A program made the position numbers and the translations under genes. A stretch of DNA of 64,000 nucleotides from positions 320,001 through 384,000 of the forward strand of contig OY762069.1 of NCBI GenBank assembly GCA_963665095.1. Reading direction: 5' to 3'. This DNA comes from an uncultured Desulfobacter sp. GTDB taxonomy: Bacteria > Desulfobacterota > Desulfobacteria > Desulfobacterales > Desulfobacteraceae. Below, in pieces: positions 38,269 through 49,109 of the stretch; positions within the stretch are counted from its first letter, which is position 1; the number at the start of each line of letters is the position of its first letter. A model generated the notes under the pieces. It was given only the letters and a program-made list of their open reading frames with translations, had not been told where the DNA came from and did no database searches.

Positions 38269-38318
38269 TTGAATGATTGGGTCAGAAAAGTTGCCCGGTT
38301 TCGGTTTATACGAGTTTT

Positions 38319-40562
38319 TCAGTATTTTTCAAAGGCATCATCCAGGGAATCCTCTCCCATATCCAGTATAACGCCCCGGGCCTGGCCCAGGGTTTCCGGC
38401 TTATTGGTGATGCTTATGGGCCTTGGTTCCTGGCTGTCCCACTCGCTGCCGTTTGTTTTGTCTTGCTGGTGAGAGCTGGGCCGTTCCTGGGTTTTTGCCG
38501 GTATTTTCTTGGTATGGACTTTAAAGTAGGAAATTGCATCCTGGAGCTGCTCTGCTTGGGCTGACAGCTCTTCTGCCGTGGATGACATCTCTTCGGAAGA
38601 GCTGGCATTCTGCTGAATGACCTGGTCGAGCTGTTGCAGGGCGGTATTGATCTGGTCGGCACCGGTGCTCTGTTCGGCAGAGGCGGCATTGATCTCCTGA
38701 ACCAGTTCTGATGTTTTACGGATGTCAGGCACGATTTTATTAAGCATCTCTCCGGCATTTTCTGCAATTTCAACACTGGAAGTGGACAGATTACTGATTT
38801 CACTGGCCGCTGCCTGACTGCGTTCTGCAAGTTTTCTCACTGCGTCCGCGACCACGGCAAACCCTTTGCCGTGGTCGCCAGCCCGGGCCGCTTCAATGGC
38901 GGCATTCAGCGCCAGCATATTTGTCTGCCTGGCAATCTCTTCAATAATGAGAATTTTGTCGGCAATCTCTCTCATGGCCACAACTGTTTGGGCCACAGCT
39001 TCTCCACCCTTTTCAGCGTCTTCTGCGGCCTGAACCGCTAAACGTTCCGTCTGTTGGGCATTGTCCGCATTCTGTTTGATGTTTCCGGACATCTGTTCCA
39101 TGGAGGCAGATGCCTGTTCTGCTGATGCTGCCTGCTCTGTGGCACCCTGGGACATCTGTTCGGATGTGGCACTGAGCTCTTCACTGCCTGCGGCCACACT
39201 GCTCACTGCATTCTGTACCTCTCCGACAATATCTGTAAGCGATGCCACCATATTTTTCATGGCGGTTTGTAATTGGCCAATTTCATCTTCCCCCAAGGCA
39301 TTTATGGTGACATTCAAGTCGCCTTCGGCCAGTTTGTTGGCAACCTTGACACCTTCAGATAGGGGATCCTCTATGTATTTTTTACTCATGAGGCAAACCC
39401 AGAAAAAAGCCGCAACCACCAGTATGGTAATGGTAACAGCCATAAAGATAACCTGACGGCGCACAACAGAACGCAATTGCATTTCTTTTGCAGCAATTTG
39501 GGCTTGGAGTCCGTCAACGTATACGCCTGTGACCACAATCCAGTTCCAGGGTTTGAAAAATTTGAAATAGCCCAGTTTCGGCTGTGGTGTTTCAGAACCG
39601 ATTTTGGGCCAGGTATAGTCAATATGACCGACGCCGTCTGATTTGGCTGTTTCAATGATTTCCCTGAAAATATACCTGCCGGCAGAATCCTTTGTGTCCA
39701 AAAGGTTTCTACCGATGGTCTCCTGGTTCAGGTGGGCCAGAATATTGGCTTCCGTATCCATGATATAAAAGTAATCATTATCGCCGTATTTCATCTTCGA
39801 TATAATCTCTTCAGCTTCTTTCCGTCCGTCAGCTTCTGCCTGATCCACATAAATGCCTGTACCCACAATCCAGTTCCAGGGTTTGAAATACCTGATATAA
39901 GACAGCTTTCTGACCCATTTGGTATTGTCATCCAACGAGGGCCATAAATAGCTGATAAACCCGTCACCGGATTCTTTGCCGATCCGGACCATTTCAATGA
40001 ACATGGGCGTGGTAGTTCCTTCGGCCATAATAACCTTGCCATTTTTCGTATAACGAGAGAGGTCTTTGCCGTAGAGGTCCGAAACTTTGGGGTGCATTAC
40101 CATTTTGGGGTATGTATTGTTAATCCAGAAGTAGTTGCCGCTGGCATAGCCAAGCGTACTGATTTTCTTTTTAACGGCTTCCTTTGCTTCTTTCATAAGG
40201 TTTTCGGAAAATTCAGTGGACAAAGAGGCGTCATTTAAAGCGATATTGTAGGCGTCATTGATCATAGAGAAAGGAATATCCACAAGATTTTTTAAGCCGG
40301 GTCCGTATTTCTTTTTAATATCTTCAACAGTGACCGCCTGGCTGTGAATCTTCTCCACCATGGTATAGACCGTGTCCACCAGATCTTTAAGTTTTTGTTT
40401 GGTTTCATCCATCAGCTCTTTTTTAAAGGCGGCAACATCCTCACTGGCCTGGTGGATGGTGTTGTAAAGTGAATAGCCGCCCACTATTCCCACGGAAATG
40501 AGGATACCAAAAATAACGATCACAATAATTTTCATTTTGATTTTCATGTTTTTGAAACTCAT
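38319..40562 (-). CDS. Methyl-accepting chemotaxis protein with two Cache domains and C-terminal pentapeptide
   Basis: Two Y.WP / WNWIV..G.YVD Cache repeats, [31 protein letters not shown], ends AFEKY. Confidence 0.95.
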   Translation of the reverse strand: MSFKNMKIKMKIIVIVIFGILISVGIVGGYSLYNTIHQASEDVAAFKKELMDETKQKLKDLVDTVYTMVEKIHSQAVTVEDIKKKYGPGLKNLVDIPFSMINDAYNIALNDASLSTEFSENLMKEAKEAVKKKISTLGYASGNYFWINNTYPKMVMHPKVSDLYGKDLSRYTKNGKVIMAEGTTTPMFIEMVRIGKESGDGFISYLWPSLDDNTKWVRKLSYIRYFKPWNWIVGTGIYVDQAEADGRKEAEEIISKMKYGDNDYFYIMDTEANILAHLNQETIGRNLLDTKDSAGRYIFREIIETAKSDGVGHIDYTWPKIGSETPQPKLGYFKFFKPWNWIVVTGVYVDGLQAQIAAKEMQLRSVVRRQVIFMAVTITILVVAAFFWVCLMSKKYIEDPLSEGVKVANKLAEGDLNVTINALGEDEIGQLQTAMKNMVASLTDIVGEVQNAVSSVAAGSEELSATSEQMSQGATEQAASAEQASASMEQMSGNIKQNADNAQQTERLAVQAAEDAEKGGEAVAQTVVAMREIADKILIIEEIARQTNMLALNAAIEAARAGDHGKGFAVVADAVRKLAERSQAAASEISNLSTSSVEIAENAGEMLNKIVPDIRKTSELVQEINAASAEQSTGADQINTALQQLDQVIQQNASSSEEMSSTAEELSAQAEQLQDAISYFKVHTKKIPAKTQERPSSHQQDKTNGSEWDSQEPRPISITNKPETLGQARGVILDMGEDSLDDAFEKY

Positions 40563-41211
40563 TCCATCCTCCTTGTTACTAATCTTGCACCAGACATGTA
40601 AGTATATTTAAAATTTTAGCCATAACACCTTTAAATAATCAGACTATACCCGGCCGCAATTAGAATACCTGCAGATGTTATCATAAAATTTTTACGATAA
40701 AGGGCTGTTTGTTCGTAAAAGGATATCTAAATATCTTATTTCGTACGGGTCTATTCATTTTCGTAACAGCCGTCTGGAAGACGGGCTCTATTTTAGTTAA
40801 CTGCAGGTTCGCCAAATCGCACCAGCAATGTAACAGTCTCGTGTAAGGTAACAGCAGTAATTTTCTTTGCAGAATGGGTATCAACAATAGTGATCCAAAG
40901 AACCAAAAACTAAAATGGATTGTTATAAATAGTTTGGTTATATCTGCTTGTGGGATATATTGTCAACATTCAATGCAGTATTTTACCATTTCGCTTATTT
41001 TATTCTATATACATAAAATGGTGGAAATTTGTTTAAAAATACGGCATGGTAAAACCAAATGTAAAATTTTTCCTTCCTATGCCTGGGAAGGGCTGTCCCT
41101 GAATATGACAGAATCGATTTTTGTTCTTTTGACATTGTTATCATGCTGGTGCTATAAGTTAAAGTTAAGAAAACCCCTCTTCTGTCATTACAGACATACG
41201 ATTCAAAGGAA

Positions 41212-43041
41212 ATGAAAATGGCGCACCCAGCTGATCATATTGTCAATGACCCAGTTGCCGGCAGGCTGATTTCCATGCTTCCGGGGTTGTCTGTTGCCCT
41301 TCAGAAAGGCCTGGACGGCATTGAGCCGGGTTTTGACTCCCTTGGTCAGACACTGCATAAGGTCTATGCAGACGCAGAGGAACTGACAAAAGGGATAAAA
41401 GCCTCTGTGACTCATCTTGATGTTGATTCTGATGCCAGTCTGTTGAATCACGTCGGCGAAATCGTCGAAGGCTCCCTGGCCGTACTTTCAGGCTGCAGGG
41501 ATTCTATTCTGGCCAGCCTGGAGAATATCGCAGTCTGTTCAGAAGATTTGAATCGCCTCTGTTTTATCTGCAAACAGATGAAAAAAAATTCAGGTTTTCT
41601 GCATATTCTTGGTTTAAATATCCGTGTGGAGAGCAGCCGAACAAAAAAGACCACAGAGATGTTTAAAGGGTTTGGGGGCGAAATAAAGACGCTTGCTGCG
41701 AAATTAGGAGAAACAACCGCACAGATATTTTCAAGTGCGGAAAAGGTTCAGTCAGACCAGGCTGTTGTGCAGATGGATGTTAATGATAATATGAAATATT
41801 TTGATACAGTGACAGCCTCAACAAAAAGTGCGGTGGCGCATGCCACAGAAGAGATTCAATCCATCGGTAACCAGGCAGCCATGACGTTGGAAACCGCAGG
41901 ACGGCATTCTGCCAAAGTGGCCGGAATCGCTTCAGAGATCGTCTTGGCCATTCAGTTTCATGATATTGCCAGGCAGCAGGTGGAGCATATTATTGCCGCC
42001 ACGCAGGATATTCTTGAAATTTTTAATACGCCGCTGTCTACCCGAGACAGTGTATGGGAAAACAATGACCAGAAAAAAGGCGGCGCTTATGCCATTTTAT
42101 CCCTGCAGTCCGCTCAGTTAGGGTTGGTTCATACTGAAGCGAGCAAGGTGTATGAACAGATTAACAACGCCTTTTCCCAGATCAGCGGTGAAGTCCGTCA
42201 GCTTATTAATAAAGTGGCGGTTTCCGGTCTGGAAAGCCGGGGGGGATCTGACCTTGAAAAGGGGTTTCACACGTTCCAGTCAAAGGTCGAAAATCTGCAT
42301 CAGCTTCTGGTTAAAGGTGACGACTTGGAGCAGGAGATCAAAGACAGTATGCACGAAGCCTCCAATGCGGTTTCCACACTGTTTCAGTACACGGACCAGG
42401 TTAATAATATCAATGTTGATCTGCAGTACAAAGCACTCAACGCCATGATTATGACCAATAAGCTGGGTGAAGAAGGGTCGGCTTTCGAGGTGTTGTCCCG
42501 GAGCGTCAGGGATCTTTCCAAAGAGTCCAATGCCCAGGTCCGGGAAGTGCTAAAGATTATTCAGTCTATTACACGGGAGCCTGAGAAGGACGCAGCAGCA
42601 CGGGTCAGCCCCACAGAGGATAACTTAGCTTCCAGCAGCTACGGGATCTCCGTGTCAGAGTGTATTGAACGTATTGACGGTGCATTTAATGGATATAAAA
42701 AAGAATGCGATCAGGCGGTCCTGCTTGCAAAGGATATTATGGGTGCCATTGAAAAGACAAAAAAACAGCTTGTGTTTTTTCCCCGCTGGATTCAGGCGTG
42801 TGAACGGGTTCGTAACACTATTGACACCACACTTGATGAACTGGTTTTCTGGAAAGAGCTGTCCATGTCATTACCCCAGGGCGCACAGGATGAAATTGCC
42901 CAGCGATATACCATGGAAAGCGAACGCCGTATCCATGAAGCCCAGCTGCAGTCGGACCATGGGTTTGGCGAAACGTTTGGCGGGAAAGTTGTTGAAGACG
43001 AAATAGACGGCGATATGGGTGATAATATCGAACTATTTTGA
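41212..43041 (+). CDS. Soluble divergent MCP-like chemotaxis protein
   Basis: Two degenerate signalling hairpins (LGLNIRVES, ALNAMI...G.EG.AF.V), IQFHDIARQQVEH, RYTMESER..H, ends DNIELF; first gene of the che operon. Confidence 0.8.
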   Translation: MKMAHPADHIVNDPVAGRLISMLPGLSVALQKGLDGIEPGFDSLGQTLHKVYADAEELTKGIKASVTHLDVDSDASLLNHVGEIVEGSLAVLSGCRDSILASLENIAVCSEDLNRLCFICKQMKKNSGFLHILGLNIRVESSRTKKTTEMFKGFGGEIKTLAAKLGETTAQIFSSAEKVQSDQAVVQMDVNDNMKYFDTVTASTKSAVAHATEEIQSIGNQAAMTLETAGRHSAKVAGIASEIVLAIQFHDIARQQVEHIIAATQDILEIFNTPLSTRDSVWENNDQKKGGAYAILSLQSAQLGLVHTEASKVYEQINNAFSQISGEVRQLINKVAVSGLESRGGSDLEKGFHTFQSKVENLHQLLVKGDDLEQEIKDSMHEASNAVSTLFQYTDQVNNINVDLQYKALNAMIMTNKLGEEGSAFEVLSRSVRDLSKESNAQVREVLKIIQSITREPEKDAAARVSPTEDNLASSSYGISVSECIERIDGAFNGYKKECDQAVLLAKDIMGAIEKTKKQLVFFPRWIQACERVRNTIDTTLDELVFWKELSMSLPQGAQDEIAQRYTMESERRIHEAQLQSDHGFGETFGGKVVEDEIDGDMGDNIELF

Positions 43042-43102
43042 CACTGCATCTGGATTGGGATATATTCTGTGACAATACCACCGAATCATACAAGGAGTGT
43101 TC

Positions 43103-43417
43103 ATGGTTTCTGAGAATCAGGATAAGGACGGTAATCTGGTGATCAAGATCGAAGGCGCTTTATCCGCTTATGAAGTGGGGGATATCAAAGATCGCCTGTT
43201 GGCCGGTCTTATAAGTCACCCTGCTGTTGTTGTGGACGTAAGCAGCGTAAGCGAGTGTGATACGCTGGGGGTTCAGCTTCTGTGTTCAGCGGTCAAGACA
43301 GCTGAAAAGCTAAAGAAAATATTTAAGATTTCCGGCTCATCCCATGCGCTTTCTGAATCGGTGGCAGGGGTTGGGCTGGACGCAGAGGATTTTCCTGTTT
43401 TCTTTGAGGAGACGTAA
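43103..43417 (+). CDS. STAS domain protein
   Basis: VDVSSVSECDTLGVQLL; AAGGAG RBS. Confidence 0.85.
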   Translation: MVSENQDKDGNLVIKIEGALSAYEVGDIKDRLLAGLISHPAVVVDVSSVSECDTLGVQLLCSAVKTAEKLKKIFKISGSSHALSESVAGVGLDAEDFPVFFEET

Positions 43418-43421
43418 GGGT

Positions 43422-43787
43422 ATGGGTAAGGTTATCATGACAGCGGATGATTCCACAAGTATCAGACAGATGGTCAGTTTTACTCTAAAGCAGGCCGGGT
43501 ATGACGTCGTAGAGGCCGTGGACGGACAGGATGCCGCCATTAAGCTTGCCACCACGCACATTGATATGCTGCTGACAGATCTTAATATGCCCAAAAAGAA
43601 CGGGTTTGAACTGATTGAAGCCGTCCGGGCCATGCCAAAGTTCAAGTTTATTCCCATTATTATGCTGACAACAGAGTCCCAGGTGGAAATGAAACAGAAA
43701 GGCAAGGCTGCCGGTGCTACCGGGTGGATCGTAAAACCGTTCAAACCGGATCAGCTCTTGGCTGTAATTAAGAAAGTTCTTCGTTAG
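43422..43787 (+). CDS. cheY: Chemotaxis response regulator CheY
   Basis: ADDS, LTDLNMP, LTTES, GWIVKPF. Confidence 0.93.
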   Translation: MGKVIMTADDSTSIRQMVSFTLKQAGYDVVEAVDGQDAAIKLATTHIDMLLTDLNMPKKNGFELIEAVRAMPKFKFIPIIMLTTESQVEMKQKGKAAGATGWIVKPFKPDQLLAVIKKVLR

Positions 43788-43848
43788 TTCACCCATATCA
43801 TTAAAGATATACATTTGTTTTGAACATGTATTTCAAAGGAAGGATCCC

Positions 43849-45969
43849 ATGAATGAATCAAACAGATTCATTGAAGAATTCTGCAACGAAGCAGAAGAAC
43901 TTCTTGCCGGTATTGAGGACGCAGTCCTGGATATTGAGGACAATCCTGAAGACCAGGAGACGATTAACCGGCTGTTTCGCGCCATGCATACCATCAAGGG
44001 CTCAGGAGCCATGTTCGGGTTTGATGCGATATCCGAGTTTACCCATCATGTTGAGACAACCCTGGATAAGGTTCGAAGCGGGGAGATTCCGGTTTCTAAA
44101 ACTTTGATTGACCTGATCCTGGTGTCACGGGACCGGATTACGGCCATGCTTGCAGAGGCGAATGGCGGACCGGCCGTGGATCCCCAGGATGGTGAAAATA
44201 TCATTGCCTCGCTCAAGGCGCTCCTTGATCCGGACGGCAGTGCGCCCGCTCCCGCTCCGGAACCGTCCCCACTGGAAACTGCACCGGCCGCACAGACTGT
44301 CGCCCAAAAGGTGCCTGAAGCTGAAAAAGAGGTCCCGAAAGGGGAGACGGTCTATCGTGTCCGGCTTGAACCAGAACCTGAGATTTTTTCCTCGGGAATG
44401 GATCCGGTGATGCTGCTGTACGACCTTAGCGATATGGGGGAGTGCAGTATTGTGGTTCAGACCGATAAAATTCCTGACCTTGAAACCCTTTCACCTGAAT
44501 CCTGTTACTTTTCATGGGATGTGTTTTTAACCACCTCAAAGGGGTTCAATGCGGTCAGAGATGTATTCATCTTTGTGGAAAATGATTGCAAAATTTCCAT
44601 TGAAACCATTGACAGCCAGGCTGTTCCAGCGGACCAGGCCCCGGTTCAGAGCGTGGGGGAGATCCTTGTGGCCCGTGGTGATGTTGATAAAGATGCATTG
44701 GAAGAGAAAGTTGTTGAGCATAAAAAGATCGGAGAAGTCCTGGTAGAATCCGGCGTTGTCTCAAAGGAGAAGGTCAAGTCGGCATTAAAGGAACAGAAAA
44801 TCATCTCCAAGGCCCATAAATCATCTGTCGCATCAACGGTTCGCGTTCCATCGGACAGGCTTGACAAGCTGATTAACCTGGTGGGCGAGCTTGTCATTAC
44901 CCAGGCCCGGCTTACCGAGGTGTCATCCAGCAGGGAGGATTCAGAGCTTGGAGAGTCAGTGGAGGAGATCGAACGTCTGACTGCTGAGCTTCGTGACAGT
45001 GTGCTCAATATAAGGATGATGCCCATTGGCACAACGTTTAATAAATTCCGGCGCCTGGTCCGGGATCTCTCCTCACAGCTGAACAAGGAGATTGAACTGG
45101 TGACCAAAGGGGCTGAGACAGAACTGGATAAAACCGTTCTGGAACGTCTGGATGATCCGCTGGTTCACTTGATCCGAAACAGTATTGACCACGGGGTGGA
45201 ACCGCCTGATGTCAGAAAGGAAAACGGCAAACCTGAAAAGGGAACCATCGTCCTTGCCGCCAGTCACAAAGGGACCAATGTGGTGATCACCATAGAAGAT
45301 GACGGAAAAGGCCTTGATGTGGATGTTCTCCGGAGAAAAGCCATTGAAAAGGGGCTGATTGCAGAAGGGGCGGAACTGTCGGACAGAAAAATTTTTGCCC
45401 AGATCTTTGCTCCGGGATTTTCCACTTCCAAGGAGGTGACCAACGTATCCGGCAGGGGTGTGGGCATGGATGTGGTGAAAAAGACCATTGAATCCCTTCG
45501 TGGGCGCATTGATATTGACAGTACGCCTGGGCAGGGTACTAAGATTACCCTGAATCTGCCCCTGACTCTGGCCATCATAAACGGCCTTCTGGTAAAAATT
45601 GAAGATGATTTTTTTGTTCTGCCTCTGATGTCTGTGGAAGAGTGCGTGGAGATCAGAAGCAAAGAGATTGAGACCATTAACGGCAGAAATATTCTCAACG
45701 TCCGTGGCGACATGGTGCCTTATATCCGGTTAAGAGACCGGTTTCTTATGGGGGACAGGCGTCCGGAGATGGAGCATATTGTTATTGTCGATGTGAATGA
45801 CAGCCGCATTGGTTTTGTGGTGGACCATGTGATAGGCGGGCATCAGACCGTTATCAAGCCTTTGGGGCCGGCGTTCAGGGAGGTGAAGGATATTTCCGGT
45901 GCCACCATCCTGGGCGACGGCACCGTAGCGCTTATTCTGGACACAAATGTACTGCTTGAAAGTGCATAG
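43849..45969 (+). CDS. cheA: Chemotaxis histidine kinase CheA
   Basis: Hpt FRAMHTIKG, HLIRNSIDHG, DDGKG, PGFST, SGRGVGMDVV, CheW domain. Confidence 0.97.
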   Translation: MNESNRFIEEFCNEAEELLAGIEDAVLDIEDNPEDQETINRLFRAMHTIKGSGAMFGFDAISEFTHHVETTLDKVRSGEIPVSKTLIDLILVSRDRITAMLAEANGGPAVDPQDGENIIASLKALLDPDGSAPAPAPEPSPLETAPAAQTVAQKVPEAEKEVPKGETVYRVRLEPEPEIFSSGMDPVMLLYDLSDMGECSIVVQTDKIPDLETLSPESCYFSWDVFLTTSKGFNAVRDVFIFVENDCKISIETIDSQAVPADQAPVQSVGEILVARGDVDKDALEEKVVEHKKIGEVLVESGVVSKEKVKSALKEQKIISKAHKSSVASTVRVPSDRLDKLINLVGELVITQARLTEVSSSREDSELGESVEEIERLTAELRDSVLNIRMMPIGTTFNKFRRLVRDLSSQLNKEIELVTKGAETELDKTVLERLDDPLVHLIRNSIDHGVEPPDVRKENGKPEKGTIVLAASHKGTNVVITIEDDGKGLDVDVLRRKAIEKGLIAEGAELSDRKIFAQIFAPGFSTSKEVTNVSGRGVGMDVVKKTIESLRGRIDIDSTPGQGTKITLNLPLTLAIINGLLVKIEDDFFVLPLMSVEECVEIRSKEIETINGRNILNVRGDMVPYIRLRDRFLMGDRRPEMEHIVIVDVNDSRIGFVVDHVIGGHQTVIKPLGPAFREVKDISGATILGDGTVALILDTNVLLESA

Positions 45970-45983
45970 AAAAGGAGGAACCA

Positions 45984-46514
45984 ATGAGTGTGCCGGCCAT
46001 AACCGAAACAAGCCAGTACCTGACATTTAAACTGGACAACGAGATTTATGCCATGGACATTAATACGGTCCGTGAGGTGCTTGATATTACCCAGATTACG
46101 AAAGTGCCCCAGATGCCGGATTTCATGTGCGGGGTGATCAATTTAAGAGGCGGTGTGGTGCCGGTGGTGGACCTTCGGCTGAAATTTGGTCTTAAGGAGG
46201 CCCAATCCCCCGATGAAAACTGCATCGTAATCATTGAAATCATATTGGATGGGGAAGAGACGATTCTGGGTATTCTGGTGGACTCCGTTCAGGAGGTGAT
46301 GAGTCTTGAACCGGATCAGATTGATCCCCCGCCCCGGATCGGAACCCGTCTTAAGACTGAATTTATTAAAGGCATGGGTAAAAAGCAAAACGAGTTTATT
46401 ATTATCCTTGAAACCACAAAAGTCTTTTCTGCTGAAGAGCTGGCCATTGTCCAGGCCTCGGAAGAGCTGGCCGCGGTTGAAGCTGCCGATAAAAAAGAGG
46501 ACGAGGACGGTTAA
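45984..46514 (+). CDS. cheW: CheW coupling protein
   Basis: QYLTFKL, GVINLRG.VVPVVDLR, GILVDSV.EV. Confidence 0.95.
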   Translation: MSVPAITETSQYLTFKLDNEIYAMDINTVREVLDITQITKVPQMPDFMCGVINLRGGVVPVVDLRLKFGLKEAQSPDENCIVIIEIILDGEETILGILVDSVQEVMSLEPDQIDPPPRIGTRLKTEFIKGMGKKQNEFIIILETTKVFSAEELAIVQASEELAAVEAADKKEDEDG

Positions 46515-46563
46515 GGATGTTATCCTTTAAATACCTTTTTTACTGCATTAAGGGGGGCGAATA

Positions 46564-47433
46564 ATGACAGCCTACTCTCACCCCCTGCGGTCCATGGCCT
46601 CGCTTTCCATGAAGGATTTCAAACACCTGGCATCCTTTATTCATTCAGAGCTTGGTATCAAGATGCCCGAGGCCAAACGCGGCATGGTGGAATCCCGCCT
46701 GCGAAAACGCCTGAACGTTCTTGGAATGGTGTCCTATGAGGAATATTGCGCTTATCTGTTCAGTCCCCAGGGCATGAAAGATGAACTGACGTTTTTCATC
46801 AATCAGATTACAACCAATAAAACGGATTTTTTCAGGGAACCCAAACAATTTGTGTTTCTTGAACAGAAAGCGCTGCCAGAGCTTCTTCAACCCGTCCCTG
46901 CCGGCGGAACAAAGACCTTTTCCCTGTGGAGTGCGGCCTGTTCCAGAGGACATGAGCCTTATACGCTTGCCATGGTTATGGCTGAATATGCAGAAAAGTC
47001 CATAAATAAAAAAATTCATTTTAATATTTTGGGAACTGATATTTCAACGGAGGTGCTCGGGGTTGCCCAGAAAGCCATATACCCCCATGAAGAAATTGAA
47101 CCGGTATCCAATGTGATGAGACAGAAATATCTGTTAAGAAGTAAGAACCGGCAAAAAAAACTGATCAGAATCGGGCCTGAGCTTCGTTCCAGGGTCAGGC
47201 TGCAGCGTTTGAATCTGATGTCTGCCCAATACCCCGGCATAGAGATGATGGACATTATTTTCTGCAGAAATGTGATGATCTATTTTGAAAGGGAAACCCA
47301 GAATCAGATTCTTACCCGGCTGCTGAAACATCTTAAACCCGGGGGATTTCTTTTTATGGGGCATTCAGAGGTCATTCAATGTGCTGATTTTCCTTTAAAA
47401 TCGGTGGAAACGACCATATATCAAAAAGTATAG
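46564..47433 (+). CDS. cheR: CheR methyltransferase
   Basis: TTNKTDFFRE, WSAACS.G.EPYT, GTDIS, IFCRNVMIYF, GHSE. Confidence 0.95.
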   Translation: MTAYSHPLRSMASLSMKDFKHLASFIHSELGIKMPEAKRGMVESRLRKRLNVLGMVSYEEYCAYLFSPQGMKDELTFFINQITTNKTDFFREPKQFVFLEQKALPELLQPVPAGGTKTFSLWSAACSRGHEPYTLAMVMAEYAEKSINKKIHFNILGTDISTEVLGVAQKAIYPHEEIEPVSNVMRQKYLLRSKNRQKKLIRIGPELRSRVRLQRLNLMSAQYPGIEMMDIIFCRNVMIYFERETQNQILTRLLKHLKPGGFLFMGHSEVIQCADFPLKSVETTIYQKV

Positions 47434-47460
47434 TCATGTCAATTACCGTAAATAAAGAAG

Positions 47461-48543
47461 GTGAAAATGGGGAAGAAAATTAGACTGCTTATTGTTGATG
47501 ATTCGGCGCTGGTGCGAACCGCTCTTTCCGAGGTCGTTTCTGCAGACCCGGATATAGAGGTCATGGCGATGGCCCAGGATCCCATTGTCGCAGCGTCAAA
47601 GATTCGTAATGAAGTCCCTGACGTTATCATTCTGGATGTTGAAATGCCCAGAATGGACGGGATTACCTTTTTAAAGCGAATTATGGCACAGCATCCTATT
47701 CCTGTCATTATCTGCTCTACCCTGGCAACCGAGGGGAGCCAGACCGCACTGACAGCGCTTGAGTGTGGGGCTGTAGAGGTCATTGAAAAGCCCAACCTTG
47801 GGACAAAAAAGTTTTTTGAAGAGTCCAGGATCAGAATCTGCGATACCGTCAAAGCTGCAGCCATGGTAAAGGTTTCGGTCAGAAAGCATGTCAAAGAGTT
47901 AAAAGTCGCCCCGAAGCTGACCGCAGACGCTATTATTCCGGGGCCTCCCACCAAAGCCATGGATAAGACCACGGAGACAGTGATTACCGTTGGTGCCTCC
48001 ACCGGAGGTACCGAAGCGTTGCGAATCTTTTTTGAGAGTCTTCCCCGGGACACACCCGGCATGGTAGTTGTTCAGCACATGCCGGCAAATTTCACCAAGG
48101 CCTTTGCCAACCGCTTGGATAAAACCTGTCTGGTCTCCATCAAGGAGGCTGAAAACAATGATACAGTGCTTCGCGGCCAGGTGCTGATTGCCCCTGGAAA
48201 CCACCATCTGCTCCTTAAACGAAGCGGGGCCAGGTATTATGTTGAGGTCCGGGAAGGACCGCTGGTCTCCCGTCACCGTCCCTCTGTTGATGTCCTTTTT
48301 CGCTCCGCGGCCCGGTATGCCGGGAAAAACGCGGTCGGTGTCATTATGACGGGAATGGGGGATGACGGTGCCCGGGGAATGCTGGAAATGAAAGAGGCCG
48401 GCGCTTACACTATTGCCCAGGATGAAGCATCCTGCGTGGTATTCGGTATGCCCAAGGAAGCCATAAAGCGGGACGCCGTCAACAGCATTCTTCCCTTGGA
48501 AAAAATTGCAGAAGAAGTACTCAAAAGATGCCGAACCGTATAA
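47461..48543 (+). CDS. cheB: CheB methylesterase
   Basis: REC domain plus [27 protein letters not shown]. Confidence 0.96.
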   Translation: MKMGKKIRLLIVDDSALVRTALSEVVSADPDIEVMAMAQDPIVAASKIRNEVPDVIILDVEMPRMDGITFLKRIMAQHPIPVIICSTLATEGSQTALTALECGAVEVIEKPNLGTKKFFEESRIRICDTVKAAAMVKVSVRKHVKELKVAPKLTADAIIPGPPTKAMDKTTETVITVGASTGGTEALRIFFESLPRDTPGMVVVQHMPANFTKAFANRLDKTCLVSIKEAENNDTVLRGQVLIAPGNHHLLLKRSGARYYVEVREGPLVSRHRPSVDVLFRSAARYAGKNAVGVIMTGMGDDGARGMLEMKEAGAYTIAQDEASCVVFGMPKEAIKRDAVNSILPLEKIAEEVLKRCRTV

Positions 48544-49096
48544 TCGGACGGTAAACCAGGTCTCCATTGGCATTGGAGAATATTTTGCCAGCAGCCAGGA
48601 TATTGTCATTCACACGGTGCTCGGCTCATGTGTCGCCGTTTGTCTGCATGATACCCAGAACCGCATCGGCGGAATGAACCATATTCTGATGCCCACCAAT
48701 CCCGATATTAAAAAGTATGATGCATCCGCCCGATACGGTATCCATGCCATGGAGCTTTTGATCAATGCCATCATGCGGCTGGGCGGAAACCGAAAAAAAC
48801 TGATTGCCAAAACTTTTGGCGGTGCCAACATGCTTCGAAGCCTTCCGGAGGAAAAGGCTGTGGGCAAAAGAAATATTGAATTTGTTGTGGATTTCCTGCG
48901 TGCGGAAAGAATAAAAATATTAGGCCGTGATTTCGGCGGGTATGAGTCCCGTAAAATTTTTTTCCATATAGCCACAGGGGAGGTCTTTTTGAAACGTGTG
49001 CCCTCCATGAGATCCTTGATTGATGCGGAACAGAAGAAACTTGACCGGATCAAGGGGCGGTTTGAGGAGCCCGGTGATATTACCCTGTTTGACTGA
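48506..49096 (+). CDS. cheD: CheD deamidase
   Basis: [28 protein letters not shown]; start uncertain. Confidence 0.92.
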   Translation: MQKKYSKDAEPYNRTVNQVSIGIGEYFASSQDIVIHTVLGSCVAVCLHDTQNRIGGMNHILMPTNPDIKKYDASARYGIHAMELLINAIMRLGGNRKKLIAKTFGGANMLRSLPEEKAVGKRNIEFVVDFLRAERIKILGRDFGGYESRKIFFHIATGEVFLKRVPSMRSLIDAEQKKLDRIKGRFEEPGDITLFD

Positions 49097-49109
49097 GATA
49101 TCCGTTATT

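Noticed and set aside
40680..41210. c-di-GMP riboswitch between the MCP and the che operon
   Set aside because: Scattered GGGTCTA/ACAGCC-like words occur but not the ordered two-hairpin consensus.
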